DNA of 64,000 bases from Phoronis australis (taxonomy: Eukaryota; Animalia; Phoronida), in assembly GCA_002633005.1 (NCBI GenBank), contig NMRA01000177.1:697942-761941 (forward strand), written 5' to 3'. The notes below the pieces were generated by a model. It made no database searches, was not told the origin of the DNA, and saw only the letters and a list, made by a program, of their open reading frames with translations. A program made the position numbers and the translations under genes. Shown here piece after piece: positions 13,620 through 26,690 of the stretch; the first letter of the stretch is position 1, and every line of letters starts with the position of its first letter.

Positions 13620-15021
13620 TTATGCACCCACGAGTGGGTTCAGCACCCACGAGGGGTTCAGCACCCACGAGTGGGTGCATTATGACGTCATCTCCGTCAG
13701 TCTGTCCGTCCGTCCGACGACCACTGCTGTATCTCAAAAAACCACCTGATGGATGTTCGTGACAATTTACTTGCAAGCTCACAACACAAAATGGGACGGC
13801 ACCAGCGGATTCTCGAATGAATGACAATTTTAGTGTTTACGCTTGACTCTGTGTCTTCGGAGTTCTTAGCGAATTTTCATGGAATTTAGTAAATAGAAAT
13901 TTCTTAAGGAGAGAACTATACCTTCTTATTTTCTAGCGGATTCAACTTGTTTTGCGCCACCTTGTGACCGTTTTTACTGTTTGCGAGTCTGTATTGTGGC
14001 GTCTGTCTCTCTACCGGCTAAACCACTCGAAGGATGTTCATGAAATTGGTGCATATATTCGTACTGGGAAGAGATCGACTGAAGATGATTTTCGGACGGC
14101 TCAGACTGCTGTGGCGCCTCCTAGTGTGAATTTTTTTTTCATTTGACAAGTGTATTTCAATGAAATTGACTGAGACCAGACATAGGCGACTTTCGGACAG
14201 ATTGGACTATGGATGTGCCCCTTGGTGGCAATATTTATTTTGTACGTTTTTCTCCATATCTGCGGAGTTCCATGACGGGTTTTCCTAAAATTTGTCAAAT
14301 AGGCTCTACTAAAGACACGATGACATCTTTCCATTTTCGGATGTTTTTTGCCGTATTCGTGTGCCAACTTGTGACAATTTTTATTATTTTTCAGTCTGTC
14401 TTTTTATCGGCCAAATCACACCAAGAATCATTTTGAAAACTGGTATATCTGTTTCTACTGGAAAGTGCATCACTCACGATGGATTTTTAACGGTTCCGAC
14501 TGCTGCGGCTCCCCTGTGTGGCAAGTCTATTTTTATATGTGGCTCAGTGGATCTCCAGAAATTTGGCATATGTTTCTATCGAGTAGATTGCATCCGACAT
14601 AGATTTTGGGACAAATCCGAATAATGCGGTGTCGCATATTGGCAGTATTTGTTTCCTTTTGCCTTTTCTTTGACGCGGACCAAGTTAATTAATGAATGTT
14701 CATAAAACTCAGAAAATAAGTTACTTTCACGTGGACAACAGAACCGATCCCGTTTCAAATGGATTTGACCTACGATGCGACCCAGTGGCCTTTCCTTTGT
14801 TTTGGTGTCCTTCGTCTTCTGCCTGCCTTATACTCCAAACTTGAAGAATCATGATGAAAGGTGGCAGGTGTGTTCCTATTGAGGAGAGCAGACTTGCTTT
14901 GCACTCCCCAGGGACTATTAATTTATTAAGTTTACTAACGTTGTTCCGTTTCACGGGAATGTTTAAAATAATGACCACGTGTTTTATATGCGCTGCATAT
15001 CAGCGCTCTGTGTTGCTCTTA
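13620..15021 (+). mobile_element. Non-autonomous Helentron/DINE-1-like element, copy 1
   Basis: 5' ttatgcacccac...gtgggtgcat inverted repeat, then a (GTCY)n-like microsatellite ccgtcagtctgtccgtccgtcc; internal degenerate modules; 3' tgcatatcagcgctctgtgttgctctt matches the 3' end of copy 2. Confidence 0.6.
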
Positions 15022-15639
15022 ACAAGTTTGAATTAAAAGTGGTTGCAATAAACCACTTGAAATTCTCTGACAGCTGTACAACCTTGGCGACTGCAACTAA
15101 CCAGCCGTGACAAACAACTCAATGGTCCAAAGAAATAATGACCTGATATTTCTTTTCAAGCTTGTCGTTTCTTATCTGAGTAAGAAAAACTAAACCGACT
15201 CATAACGGACTTAAGTCAAAAAGTTCTTTTTTGCCAGAAGGCGGCGCGGGTAATAGTAATAATTTATTCTGCTTGTTTAAAAAGCTTCCTCATACGGATT
15301 TTTGTTATAATTGCACTGTACTATCCAAATGGTCTCAGCGATAGTTTAGCAACACAAGAAAATGCGATTTAAATACTCAAATGCAGGCTCATCAACTGAA
15401 TGATAAGTGCTTTTTGGCACCACCTTGCGTCACTGTGAGAACTTCAGAAACCGAAGCAGATGTTGTTCCTAGCTGTTTGACTAAAGTGAGGCTTCTCACG
15501 GCGATGTACACGAAAGTCTATCAATAAGTCTAACCGTTCATTAGTTTTGACAACTGAAGATCTCACTGGTCAGAATTACATACATCGCTGGACGGTTGTG
15601 CTGTTATAACATTTGCAGAGCATACGATAGTCAGCAATA

Positions 15640-15800
15640 GCGATTGACCTATTGCAAGCTCCGCCTCCTGGCGTTATGTCGACAAACAAACAATAAGTTT
15701 TACCCGGCAACGTGTTGTTTGTCGGGTAAAATGGCGGCTTGGAAACGGAAGTGTGTCAAGAATGCTGTGTTCTGATTGGTCAGTTGAGCCGTCACTCAAA
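15640..15800. repeat. Dispersed repeat; inverted copy at about 37420-37580
   Basis: gacaaacaaacaataagttttacccggcaacgtgttg...aaaatggcggcttggaaac...tgtgttctgattggtcag versus its reverse complement in TRIP4 intron 7. Confidence 0.75.
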
Positions 15801-15801
15801 A

Positions 15802-15959
15802 TCCTGGCGCGCGTTCAGTAGACGCTAGGACCTACGCTAGGACCTAGCTAAAATCTAGTCAAAGTCACGTGTTCTTATTTAAAATACACGGCAATATCTC
15901 ACGAAATCTCGCGAAGTCTTGCTTTTTAGCGAGGTCCTAGCGTTACTGAACGGGAGGCT
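15802..15959. mobile_element. MITE of about 157 bp, copy 1 of 3
   Basis: gttcagtagacgctaggacct...aggtcctagcgttactgaac imperfect inverted ends; near-identical to 20747-20904 and 21305-21461. Confidence 0.85.
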
Positions 15960-16494
15960 GGCGATAGGTCGTAAGACAAGTTTTATGGCCAAAGTCGTCC
16001 GTCAAAATGTTTTTCGAAGTTTGTAGTCAATCAATTATTGAAAACCGACGTGTTGTCATTTTTGCGCATGATTCAATGCGTAGCTGTGCTCATCGTCATG
16101 TTTAGCTCGGCCGCACTTAAGACAAAAATCGAATTAAGGCGAAATGCACCATTAATAAAGCTCGATAGGTATGCAAATTTTATATGACCTTTTTCCAGAG
16201 AAACATGACTGTCTGGATGCCAGGTCTCGTAGTAGACTGGACGTCCGCTTAACGCCGCCCCGCCGAAAGTCTCACACATCAGGTCGCAAAACGTCATCAA
16301 GTCCCAGCAACCGGCATTTGCACAGTCGACATAAATCATCGAAGTCGCGAACGTGTATAGACTCGCACAAAAAACCCAAATCCAAGAGGCATTCGAGACT
16401 CCGTCCTGTGTAATTACATGAATTGCCTGGTTCTGGGAATGCACGCCCGCAAGCAGAAGGCAGTGACTGTCACTTTGGACGAAATGATACGACT

Positions 16495-17374
16495 NNNNNN
16501 NNNNNNNNNNNNNNNNNNNNNNNNNNNNNNNNNNNNNNNNNNNNNNNNNNNNNNNNNNNNNNNNNNNNNNNNNNNNNNNNNNNNNNNNNNNNNNNNNNNN
16601 NNNNNNNNNNNNNNNNNNNNNNNNNNNNNNNNNNNNNNNNNNNNNNNNNNNNNNNNNNNNNNNNNNNNNNNNNNNNNNNNNNNNNNNNNNNNNNNNNNNN
16701 NNNNNNNNNNNNNNNNNNNNNNNNNNNNNNNNNNNNNNNNNNNNNNNNNNNNNNNNNNNNNNNNNNNNNNNNNNNNNNNNNNNNNNNNNNNNNNNNNNNN
16801 NNNNNNNNNNNNNNNNNNNNNNNNNNNNNNNNNNNNNNNNNNNNNNNNNNNNNNNNNNNNNNNNNNNNNNNNNNNNNNNNNNNNNNNNNNNNNNNNNNNN
16901 NNNNNNNNNNNNNNNNNNNNNNNNNNNNNNNNNNNNNNNNNNNNNNNNNNNNNNNNNNNNNNNNNNNNNNNNNNNNNNNNNNNNNNNNNNNNNNNNNNNN
17001 NNNNNNNNNNNNNNNNNNNNNNNNNNNNNNNNNNNNNNNNNNNNNNNNNNNNNNNNNNNNNNNNNNNNNNNNNNNNNNNNNNNNNNNNNNNNNNNNNNNN
17101 NNNNNNNNNNNNNNNNNNNNNNNNNNNNNNNNNNNNNNNNNNNNNNNNNNNNNNNNNNNNNNNNNNNNNNNNNNNNNNNNNNNNNNNNNNNNNNNNNNNN
17201 NNNNNNNNNNNNNNNNNNNNNNNNNNNNNNNNNNNNNNNNNNNNNNNNNNNNNNNNNNNNNNNNNNNNNNNNNNNNNNNNNNNNNNNNNNNNNNNNNNNN
17301 NNNNNNNNNNNNNNNNNNNNNNNNNNNNNNNNNNNNNNNNNNNNNNNNNNNNNNNNNNNNNNNNNNNNNNNNNN
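16495..17374. other. Assembly gap (N run)
   Basis: About 880 consecutive n; ORFs spanning it are artefacts. Confidence 1.
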
Positions 17375-18654
17375 NCATTTGCACCCCCCGAACTGCCAAA
17401 TTGAATCTGGGAAAATTTTAGGGGGGCATGGCTCCCTTGGGCCCCCTCTAAATCCGCCACTGCTACAGTGAAGGCAGGTAGTGTGACCATGTGCTTGTAA
17501 TAACTTACATGACGATATCTCACGAATTAAAATCTTGCAATTTCTCCAGGCACTCACGTCCACAAACGCATGCCCACTTAGCCCAATTCTCTGTACCGCC
17601 CGGCTCCGTCAGTTCAGTAACCCTGTCACGGTGTCGTCCAGGACATACTTCTCGAGTTGAACGCCACTATACGTCCAGCCGGCGTCTTTTGCTTCTCAGT
17701 GTATTTTCAAAACAGTCAAAGCGTTCTTTCAACTGTGGAAACAAATCATCCCATCGTCACTTGTTGGAAATGACTCGTACAAAAAACTCAGTCTATCTTG
17801 TACCTGTGCCGCAACTATGTTTTTGTAGCAGTTTTGAAAACAAATTCTTTCCTACTGCTGTTGTCAGTGTTGCAGACAGGCTTCGAGTGAAACTGCAAAT
17901 GATTTAATTTTCCATGACTTGCTACGCAGAGAATCAAAGAGACAAAATTCTTTTCGGCGACTGCAATTTGGTACAAAATAACACTCTTGATTGTATAGAA
18001 TACAAGCATCAAAACAATCCGAATGCGAGAAACCATTCTCACGTCACGATTAAGTTTGGTGGACGCGTGGTGTTTACATGTACGTAACCCTTGCAAGCAA
18101 ACGCCTTGAGACTTTTCCTTGGTGTTCGATGACCTTCCGTCTTGGATGGGAAATGCCGAGATATCCCCAAGATACAAAAACAATCCCCGCTGTGGCATCA
18201 CTACTAAGGCTCCTAAATTTGTTTGAGGCAAAGATCTCTAGCAATTTAGTCAGTTTTTATGTGATCCAGAGTACAGCAATACGTAGAAGGGTACCAGTGA
18301 AACTGAGAAGCAATACTTGACTAACGACAATGTCTCCAACTTGCCAGTCACTCTGTCGACTCTACAGGATTCTCTTGTTTTTGAGAGGATTTTAGTAAAG
18401 ATTATGCATTTTACTTTGGCAACTTATCCAGCATTCACGAAAAGATAGAGGAGCAATTGAACTTATGACTAATTGTGCTCCTGGACATTTACCCAGATTT
18501 GCAAAAAAAAGCAGGAGAACATAAACGAAACGATTGTTAGTTCGACTAAACTGACAAATTATGCTTGCTTTCTGTATACAAGAGCTACCTGGAGTGTTGA
18601 AACGAACCTACGACTGCAACGCAATTCCGTTAGCAATTTTAGTCATAAAAACGG

Positions 18655-18980
18655 TCATTAGATGTCACATGTGCGCTACTGGACATGATTTTAATACGGA
18701 CGATTTTACTATCTTAGACTGTGAGGGAGACTGGTTCAAAAGGGGTGTAAAGGAAGTTCTCCATGAGCGCATTGAGAGTCCCTCTTTAAATAAAAGAGGC
18801 GGTTTACGATTCGATTTGTCACACGTATGGGATGGTGTACTGACGTCAATGCCGCGCCGTTTAGCCAAAACGCCACCAATTGGCCAGAATTACGATAACG
18901 TCACAAGCCAAGCTGAAGTCCGTGAGATGAGGACGCAACGTCGCTAATTTTTGTGAGTTTTTATTCCAGTATTAGACTCA
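18655..18980 (+). mobile_element. Penelope-like retroelement 3' remnant (GIY-YIG C-terminal part)
   Basis: HMCATGHDFNTDDFTILDCEGDWFKRGVKEVLHERIESPSLNKRGGLRFDLSHVWD is a typical PLE endonuclease C-terminus; a degenerate hammerhead-like segment follows. Confidence 0.85.
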
Positions 18981-19820
18981 AATTTGATCTATTGAAATAA
19001 CATGCGCAAAAGGTATTGCGTTAAAGCAAATACAAAATACGACTATATTATAAACCTACTAGCAAAATCTGGGATATCATGAACAGGCAAGGATATACGT
19101 ACTTTGCAGTATAGATCAATGACCCCATGACGCCCATACTACACTCATGATGACATTTCACCGTTCACCTACACAACACCATAATCCAATAATTTTCTAC
19201 AATGGCCCCTGTTCACGTAAATGTGTAATAAAAAATCCAAGCTGGTCTATCGTAGTCGAGTAAACACCGGCTTTTCAAAATTCGTTCCTTATCAAACAAG
19301 CAAACAATACCAAAATCTGGTTCAGACACATGCTAATGTTAATTAAAAAAAAATGCAGGTCTTGGAAAATTATTTAAATGTGCACATGGTTCTGTTCAGC
19401 TCAGACACGGTTGCGGTGTCGAAAGTAAGGTAAGCGATTTCATCAACAGATCGATGTATGTCACAGATTATCTCCACATACGAATTATTCAGACTTTCCG
19501 ATTTTTATATATTTTTCTTTTACAAGTGTCGACCAAAAGTGCGGAGGCTTGAATAGATAAATTTGGAACCCCATGAATACCAGATCTAAAGTGTTTCTTG
19601 AAATTATCGGCTTCGGCCTTATGTCGCTTCTGAGCTGCGACACCATCTTTTCATCAAGAACAGTAGGTGACTTCATCCGGGTTCTTTTTGGTTATATTTA
19701 AAAATTATTGCCTTGCATGTGAGCGTTGAATCGACGAGAAGACGAGAAAATCCCACAAGCGGTCGGAGTGTTGACCGACGCCAATGTTATTTTCAAGTGT
19801 CCTTACCTTTTTTCAGAATC

Positions 19821-22563
19821 ATGCTCAACATGAAAGTTGCCAGTTTAATCTTACTGTCAGCGTGCGCTGTCGTAAACGGATATCTCGGTTTGGATAGATT
19901 CGACGACAGCTTTATTAGAGGCATCAGCTCGATGTTCTATTATCGGGGACTACAGAATCACCAGTATGCCGTAGGCGTTTTAAACTCGGGAGGAGACTCT
20001 TCGAAAAACCCACTCCATCCTTGCTACAGGGAATCGGGCAGCAAATACCTTGACAAGGCCAGGTGGTACACTATGGATGCCCCCGTTCGCTGGCAAAACT
20101 TCTGGGCGCGCGAACGCATTAAGGGCGACGTGAACATCCATGCAGAGATTCAGGTTTTGGACGCCCTCCCTGGCGTAATGAGACAGTTTGGCGATACTGT
20201 GAAGTAAGTTGGGTATAACTAAACTATGGGCAATTAGACCCTTCCTGCAACAAAGAACTAATTTTTAATTCAGCGTTCACATGCCGTCTTATCAGGTCGA
20301 CTGATCTTCCACTTGTTCCAACAAAAAACAAATGCATTTCAATGATCGTCAGATCTCAGGGGCCCAATTCTCGAATTGTATACTGGCAAACGTTTGGGTC
20401 GAGTTTTTAACATCCAAACGAGCAGGCTAGAGATTTGAAATTTGCCTTCAGGTTTTAGGCAGGTTTTCAGAATTCTTACCTAAGCCTAATTAAATGAAAT
20501 CTGCGAGAAACAGCCGCCTACCATGACATCAATTGTTGCTATCGCCTCAGAGCGACTGATGATATCTATGGTGACAGTTTATGTCGTAAGAACCCCTGCT
20601 GATCTGTCATCCTATTGCCCAATCACATCGATCTTCTCCCTGTGATTTGTAGTTATGGGTCTCTTCATGTTCACGGTAATCGTTGTGATTGGCCAAAATA
20701 TTAATTTCAAGTAAAGCCGGAAACTAAGTAAGACGACTTTGCAAACCCTGGCGTGCGTTCAGTAGACGCTAGGACCTACGCTAGGAGCTAGCTAAAAGCT
20801 AGTCAAAGTCACGTGTTCTCATTTAAAATGCACGGCATTATCTCACGTAATCTCGCGAAGTCTTGCCTTTTAGCGAAGTCCTAGCGTTACTGAACGGGAG
20901 GCTGATTTTAACGTTTGGTCTGCCACATTTTAGAGCAATACCACATCCCATCGTGATATCATTAACATTTGAATAGCCGTGCGCGTCTGTGTCCTGCCTT
21001 TCGCTATCCAGGTGCTTCACGAATCACCACTTTTATTGCATGCCCACGATAATCGCACGTGATTGACCAGAATATTGACTTCACAGAAAGGCGGTAACTA
21101 GGTAGGACGACATTGTAAACTTGGTTTTAACGTCTCTTATCTTTTTAATCGAAATGGAACTCGAAATTATAGTGCCGTTTACACCAAAAGTTGACAAAGA
21201 ACTAGTTGTTTCAGTGTGAAAACGGCACTGACACGGAGCGAATTGACACCCCGGTGAAAACTTTTGCCACCCGTTTGTGAGGTGGAGCAATTTGCGCTAC
21301 AACACCTTGCGTGCGTTCAGTAGACGCTAGGACCTACGGTAGGACCTAGCTAAAACCTGGTAAAAGTCACGTGTTCTCATTTAAAATGCACGGCAATATC
21401 TCACGTAATCTCGCGAAGTCTTGCTTTTTAGCGAGGTCCTAGCGTTACTGAACGGGAGGCTTGCTTCGTGTCAATTATGTGTCTAAACGCGAAACTGGGG
21501 CAAGGCGGAAAGGATCATCTCTACTGCGCTTGTGTAATGACCTCAACATGGGTTCTTTGTCTCTTCAACTCCCGTGATTTCTAAACCTACGCATGTGTGA
21601 TACACTCTCCAGCCTACAATTTCCGTCTTGCCACAGTTAGTGAGTTTTGTGTGTGAACGGACGCTTGACACCGATCAATTTGCTCCGTGTCAGTTGCGCC
21701 GGGCCAAAAGTTGATGTCTAAAGGGGACTTATGTTTGGCATTTTCTACTCTAGGCCTACTTTTGTGCGAACTCAAGATAAGTGTCTATTATTCTATGCTC
21801 GATTACATAAGGAATTACGTGGATAATTTATATTAGTCCTAGTTTGCAGTTGATAAACCCAACATTAATGCTAAAATCTCGAGTTTTCACTCTAGTTTGC
21901 AGCACGAATATAAAGGTCTTCAAGTGCAAACGTGGACTAGAAACTCATGTGCATAAACTATAATGTATTCGAGTACAGTCCGATAACCAGCTATCGTGAG
22001 TTCGCACAAAAGGAGCAGAGAAATTGCCAGAAATAATTTCGAGTTCATTTCAAGTACAAAGATTAGAGACGGGGCCCCCTGGCACTCTCTCGTTAGAACC
22101 TGGAAACATCTTTACACACCAGGGCTGAGTTGCATAAAGCTTCAAAAGATATCCGCTGGATAAGTTTGATTGTTGCATGACGTCATGTGCATTGTTCAAC
22201 AATAACAACGTGTCGCGTGATAGTGCGACGTCATTGTTGCTATACGGCGTTTAACTTTTATGCAACTGGGCCCTGATATATTTCAGAGAAATCCACATGT
22301 ACACACAACTGTCACCGTGCGAGCGATGTACCAATCGTATTGAACAATTTGCAAGGGAACACCCGACTGTGAATTTCTATATTGGTTACGACTACGTATT
22401 CACGCACGAGGAAGACCCAACCGGCCAAATAGCTTTGGACTACGCTAAAGCACGCTTTAGACCCTTGAAGAACCTGTGGTTTGATCAAGTTGCTGATCCT
22501 ACTAAGGGACCAGGGATGAGTTGCAGCTATGTAACAGGACGCAATGAAAACACCGTGTTCTAA
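19821..22563 (+). CDS. Secreted AID/APOBEC-like zinc-dependent deaminase (SNAD-like), 219 aa, exons 19821-20203 and 22287-22563
   Basis: Phase-2 GTAAGT...TTTCAG intron joins ...NIHAEIQVLDALPGVMRQFGDTVK to EIHMYTQLSPCERC..., giving HAE-x28-PCxxC. N-terminal signal peptide MKVASLILLSACAVVNG; 660 nt open frame with no internal stop; splice acceptor just before the ATG (19816). Confidence 0.9.
20747..20904. mobile_element. MITE of about 157 bp, copy 2 (deaminase intron)
   Basis: Near-identical to 15802-15959. Confidence 0.85.
21305..21461. mobile_element. MITE of about 157 bp, copy 3 (deaminase intron)
   Basis: Near-identical to 15802-15959; lies between the arms of another inverted repeat (ctgacacggagcgaattga ~21228 / tcaatttgctccgtgtcag ~21676). 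Confidence 0.85.
22120..22275. mobile_element. Harbinger/Tourist-like MITE next to the deaminase 3' splice site
   Basis: cagggctgagttgcataaa ... tttatgcaactgggccctg inverted termini. Confidence 0.65.
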
Positions 22564-22582
22564 CGGAGTAAATTATTGAACT

Positions 22583-22588
22583 AATAAA
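22583..22588 (+). promoter_or_regulatory. Polyadenylation signal of the deaminase gene
   Basis: AATAAA 20 nt after the stop codon, followed by GT-rich sequence. Confidence 0.55.
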
Positions 22589-25500
22589 GTTGTTTGGGGT
22601 AAGGTAAATGTTCGTCATCTTCACCACTATAAAACAAATCAAAATGTTATGAAAATACACTACTACGTATTCTTTACTGTCTCCTAGCTGTGTTTTTCTG
22701 TCATTCAAGTGGGGGAATTTCAGCCGTACTTTTCGAAGGAAAAATGTTTTGTGTAGTCTTTTACTTTTACGTAGTTTTCGAAGGAAAATGTCTCCGTTTT
22801 GGCCTGGTAAAACAGGTTAATAACCATGATTCTTTTTGTGCGTCTGACATTTGTTTTTTTCACAACGTCATTCATTTAAATGCCTTAAAACAATGTAATA
22901 ATAGCACGAATTTTACCTATTCCCATTTATGTCGCAATCTGCAAATGCTGTGTGTTAAAACTGTTCTTCACACTGTGCGCATACAGTTACTTACCAACTA
23001 AGTCACCCAATGTCTCATTACATGATAGTGACATCCTAAACACAAAAAATATTTATTTACTGCTTGCCTAACATTTTACATCGAACCACTTATCTTGGAG
23101 TTAATTTTACTCCAGCCCATTATATTGATTTTATGCGCCCGCATTTTGGGTGCACACTTCGGTTGCATCTCATCAGATTTGTACCTCTGAAAGTGGGCGG
23201 TTGATTTTCAGTGTGTTTATACCCAATATAGTGTTACAACCAATATAACTAGGTGATTGAACTTATTTAGACTGAACCAAGTAACTCAAAATTTGGGACG
23301 TTCCTTTACCTTTTAAGGTCAAATGCCATTGAATGACTCGCTGTTTTTTGATCCATTATCCTTTTGGTACATTTGAGGGATTTGGAAGATACACGAGGAT
23401 AATGAGTGATGGCAGACACGTGGGTCAAAAAGACTTAAATGGGTCAAAAGTACCATCATGGGCCAAAAGAACCGTATAATCGACAAACAAATGTTGTGTT
23501 CCCTTTGATTGTAAGCAACGGTGTCTAGAGCACGTTCTAAAACGGATCGCTACTGAAGTTGCGGCAGCCGACACACGACCTGAGAGTTGTAATGAACTGT
23601 ATTTATTAATGGAGGTAAATCCACTTGACAGCAATAGAAACTGTTATAGTGTACAGGGATGCTATGTATGAATGAACTGGCAGTAGTTTGCAGAGCTTAT
23701 TTATTCGCAGATGTCCAACATGGAACGATAAAAAATTTGAACAGAATATATAACGATTTGCAGCACCGGTTTTCAACCGATTACTTGACGGCAATGAACC
23801 ATTTTATTAGCAAATCATTTACTTTGCTAATCAATTTACACAATCTATGTAAGTACACCCGGCTAAACAACAAGATATAACAGTGCAAAGTAGTCTTCAC
23901 AAGCAGAAATAATCAAAGGCACCTACTAACAAATAAGAATCAGGTTCTTTCCGGCTATCTCTAGATTAAAAAATCTTATTAGACTGGATTAAAAAATATG
24001 GCGCAATCATTACTAAAGCATAGACTGGGTCAATATAACAGTCATGAAGTAAACACCATACTAATCTAGGTTGAGTATTCTGTTATAGCAAACGGTGTCA
24101 TACCCAAACGGAAACAATCTGGCCGCCGTGCAACACAGGTGCGAAGGTCACCTGTAAGCAACTGCATGGTATGACAAGGTATGCAAAGTACAACAAACTG
24201 AGCCCACAATTCATATAGTATATGGACAGTTCCTCATACAAATACTAAATCAACTCAGAAGTAGACAAATTGCAAACCCCTCCTCAAATGACAACACACG
24301 TCCAGATCAGCAATGACACATCCTTTCCGAAGCGCAACAGAAATGATAATGCTGTCAAAAGCAGGTCGAGTTCAGTACCTCTCTTTGGCAAAATACAGAG
24401 CCGGTTCCAATCAGTGGCTTGCACATCTGCTATATTGTGAACATGAACTCACATAATAACATTCTAAAAGAAACAACACAGACCAGTGGCACACTCAAAC
24501 ACGACCCAAGAAAAACTACGTGACAACCTGGTTCGACCGAGCCCCCCATTTGACGAAGTGGACAAAAAGGTCCGCCTCAAAGAAACAAAAAGTCCCAGAA
24601 AACGAGACAAAAGTCCACTAAAAAGACGCAGACGCACGGTTCTGAAGGTGGCACCCCGTTTTTCGTTTTTTTTTTAATCATCCCGATGTTTTGTCAGCAA
24701 AAGGTCCACATCGACAGCAATTCGAGCCCCCCATTTTCAAGGCTGGGTGCGCGCATATACAGGAGGTCTATACGAAATCATAGAACTCTAAAAGCCAACT
24801 AAAGCCAACTCCCGCACCTGACCTACACGCATCTCAGTGGCGGAATTAAGGGGGGAGGGGGGGGGGGGNCGTAAAGCGCTGCCATTTGAGAATTTGACTA
24901 GCCAATCAGAAACGCCGGTGTAAAAATTTTTCCTGGGGAAAATGAAGTGATACCTGCGTGCTGGCTACCACCTAGCGGCACGCAGGGAATCAGCGAGGGG
25001 TTTAACTCGAGTTTAAAAACAAATGAAAAAATGAAACAGTGACATATTGTCAGTTCAATGAGATGATTTCGTTGTGGAAAATGATTTTGTTTTCTACTTT
25101 TATAACCGATTTATGCGATCGCCCATTTTAGGCCGATTTGGGGGTCTAAATTCACCCTCTTTCGGTGAAATCAAAACGAGACAACGCTAGAAAAAACGTC
25201 AGTGCCGAACATTGAATGCATTACAGCGGAACAAAAATTGGTGTCATTTATTTCTCCGATTATGCTTCAAGTAAGATTTTAGGTAATGTCCGATATTTAG
25301 GGTCCGTCCGATAATTAGGTACACTATGTGTAGATGTCGCAAATGGTTGCTTAATCTCAAGATCACTTCCGTGAACTTGGAATAGAAATTTATTCCAACT
25401 TCACGCAAGATTCCAAGTTCACGCACGGCACTATTAGCCAATCCACGCTGTTAATCCAGCTCATTGTCTCAGGTTTCCAGTCACGTCAACTCTTCGCCCA

Positions 25501-26690
25501 CCCACTCATCCCAGTGAACCACCCCCTAGTTTGACAATGGAAAGTCCAAAATCACATACAAAATGGAAACTAAAACTAATTAAAACAGAAAAAACAACTC
25601 TCGACCAACTCATGTCCACCATTCGAGTCATTGCGAAATTTTATTCAAAAGTTACTCACTAGATGTCGCAAATGCTTGCTTTATCTCAAGATGACTTGCG
25701 TTCACTCAAGATTCCAAGTTCACGTACAACACTATCACACATATCCATCTTGTCAGCTGTTTGTCGAATGACTGTAAGCGCATGCGCGCATTTATCATAA
25801 GTGTGAAGTAGATTAGAAACTTTGTGGTGACTACAGAATTTTTCCTTTGCACGTATTTCAAAAATCATGAATTTTGTGATCCTTTTTTGATAATTCTGGT
25901 AGCTAGACGTTGCGAGAACTAGGTACTTTCGCCAGGAATTGCTTAAAAGATATTTTGACGAGCTTTCACGTTCCATGTCTCTTTCAGAATCGGAGACCAT
26001 TTGCTTACCAAATTCAATTTATAAAATAGCTGCCTAAATTTCCCAAAGGATAAACTTGTCATAAATTAATTTACTCATGCCAATCTAATTGCATTTCGCT
26101 GCTGTACACCATGGTCCTTGATAGATGGGCTTTTCCCACAGTTGTGTAATTCGCTCAAAGCGTAGGTCACACTTGCCAGCTTAGCAGACTTTGAAAGGGG
26201 TTTTGCAAAATTTTGTCCAAACTTTTGAAAGTTGTCGCCGGGTTACAGAGCATTATTTTGTTTCATAGAACTTAGTGCCCGACTAGGATGGGAAAGTCGT
26301 TTGCTAGTAGACCAAAACCGGGTTTAGAATCTTTTAAAAATTCGTTAGAAAATACGAAGGTCCGATATGGCTGCAAAAATGTTTCTCTATCTTAACTTAT
26401 TTCTACATCATAACGTCGCTAGCCGGGAAAATGACGAATGAGCGTGGTAAAATCCGGCGGTCCATCGCCTTCGTTTTGTGATTTGAATTCTCGTTGAGGG
26501 AATAACTGCCAATGAAAAACTTTACAAAATATTTAAAAGAATTTCATTGTCACTTAAATTTAGCTTTGTATTTAATATTTAATCGCTGTTACTAGTTTTC
26601 TTTATTGTTGCCTACTCTGATAATCAGTGTTAGTAAGTGGGACTTGTTGGCGGCTTTCGTATCCTACCGCTAGGTGTCCCATTTTCCAAG

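Noticed and set aside
16073-17563. Long ORFs of 300-500 aa
   Set aside because: Produced by translating through the N gap; the flanking parts show no recognisable domain.
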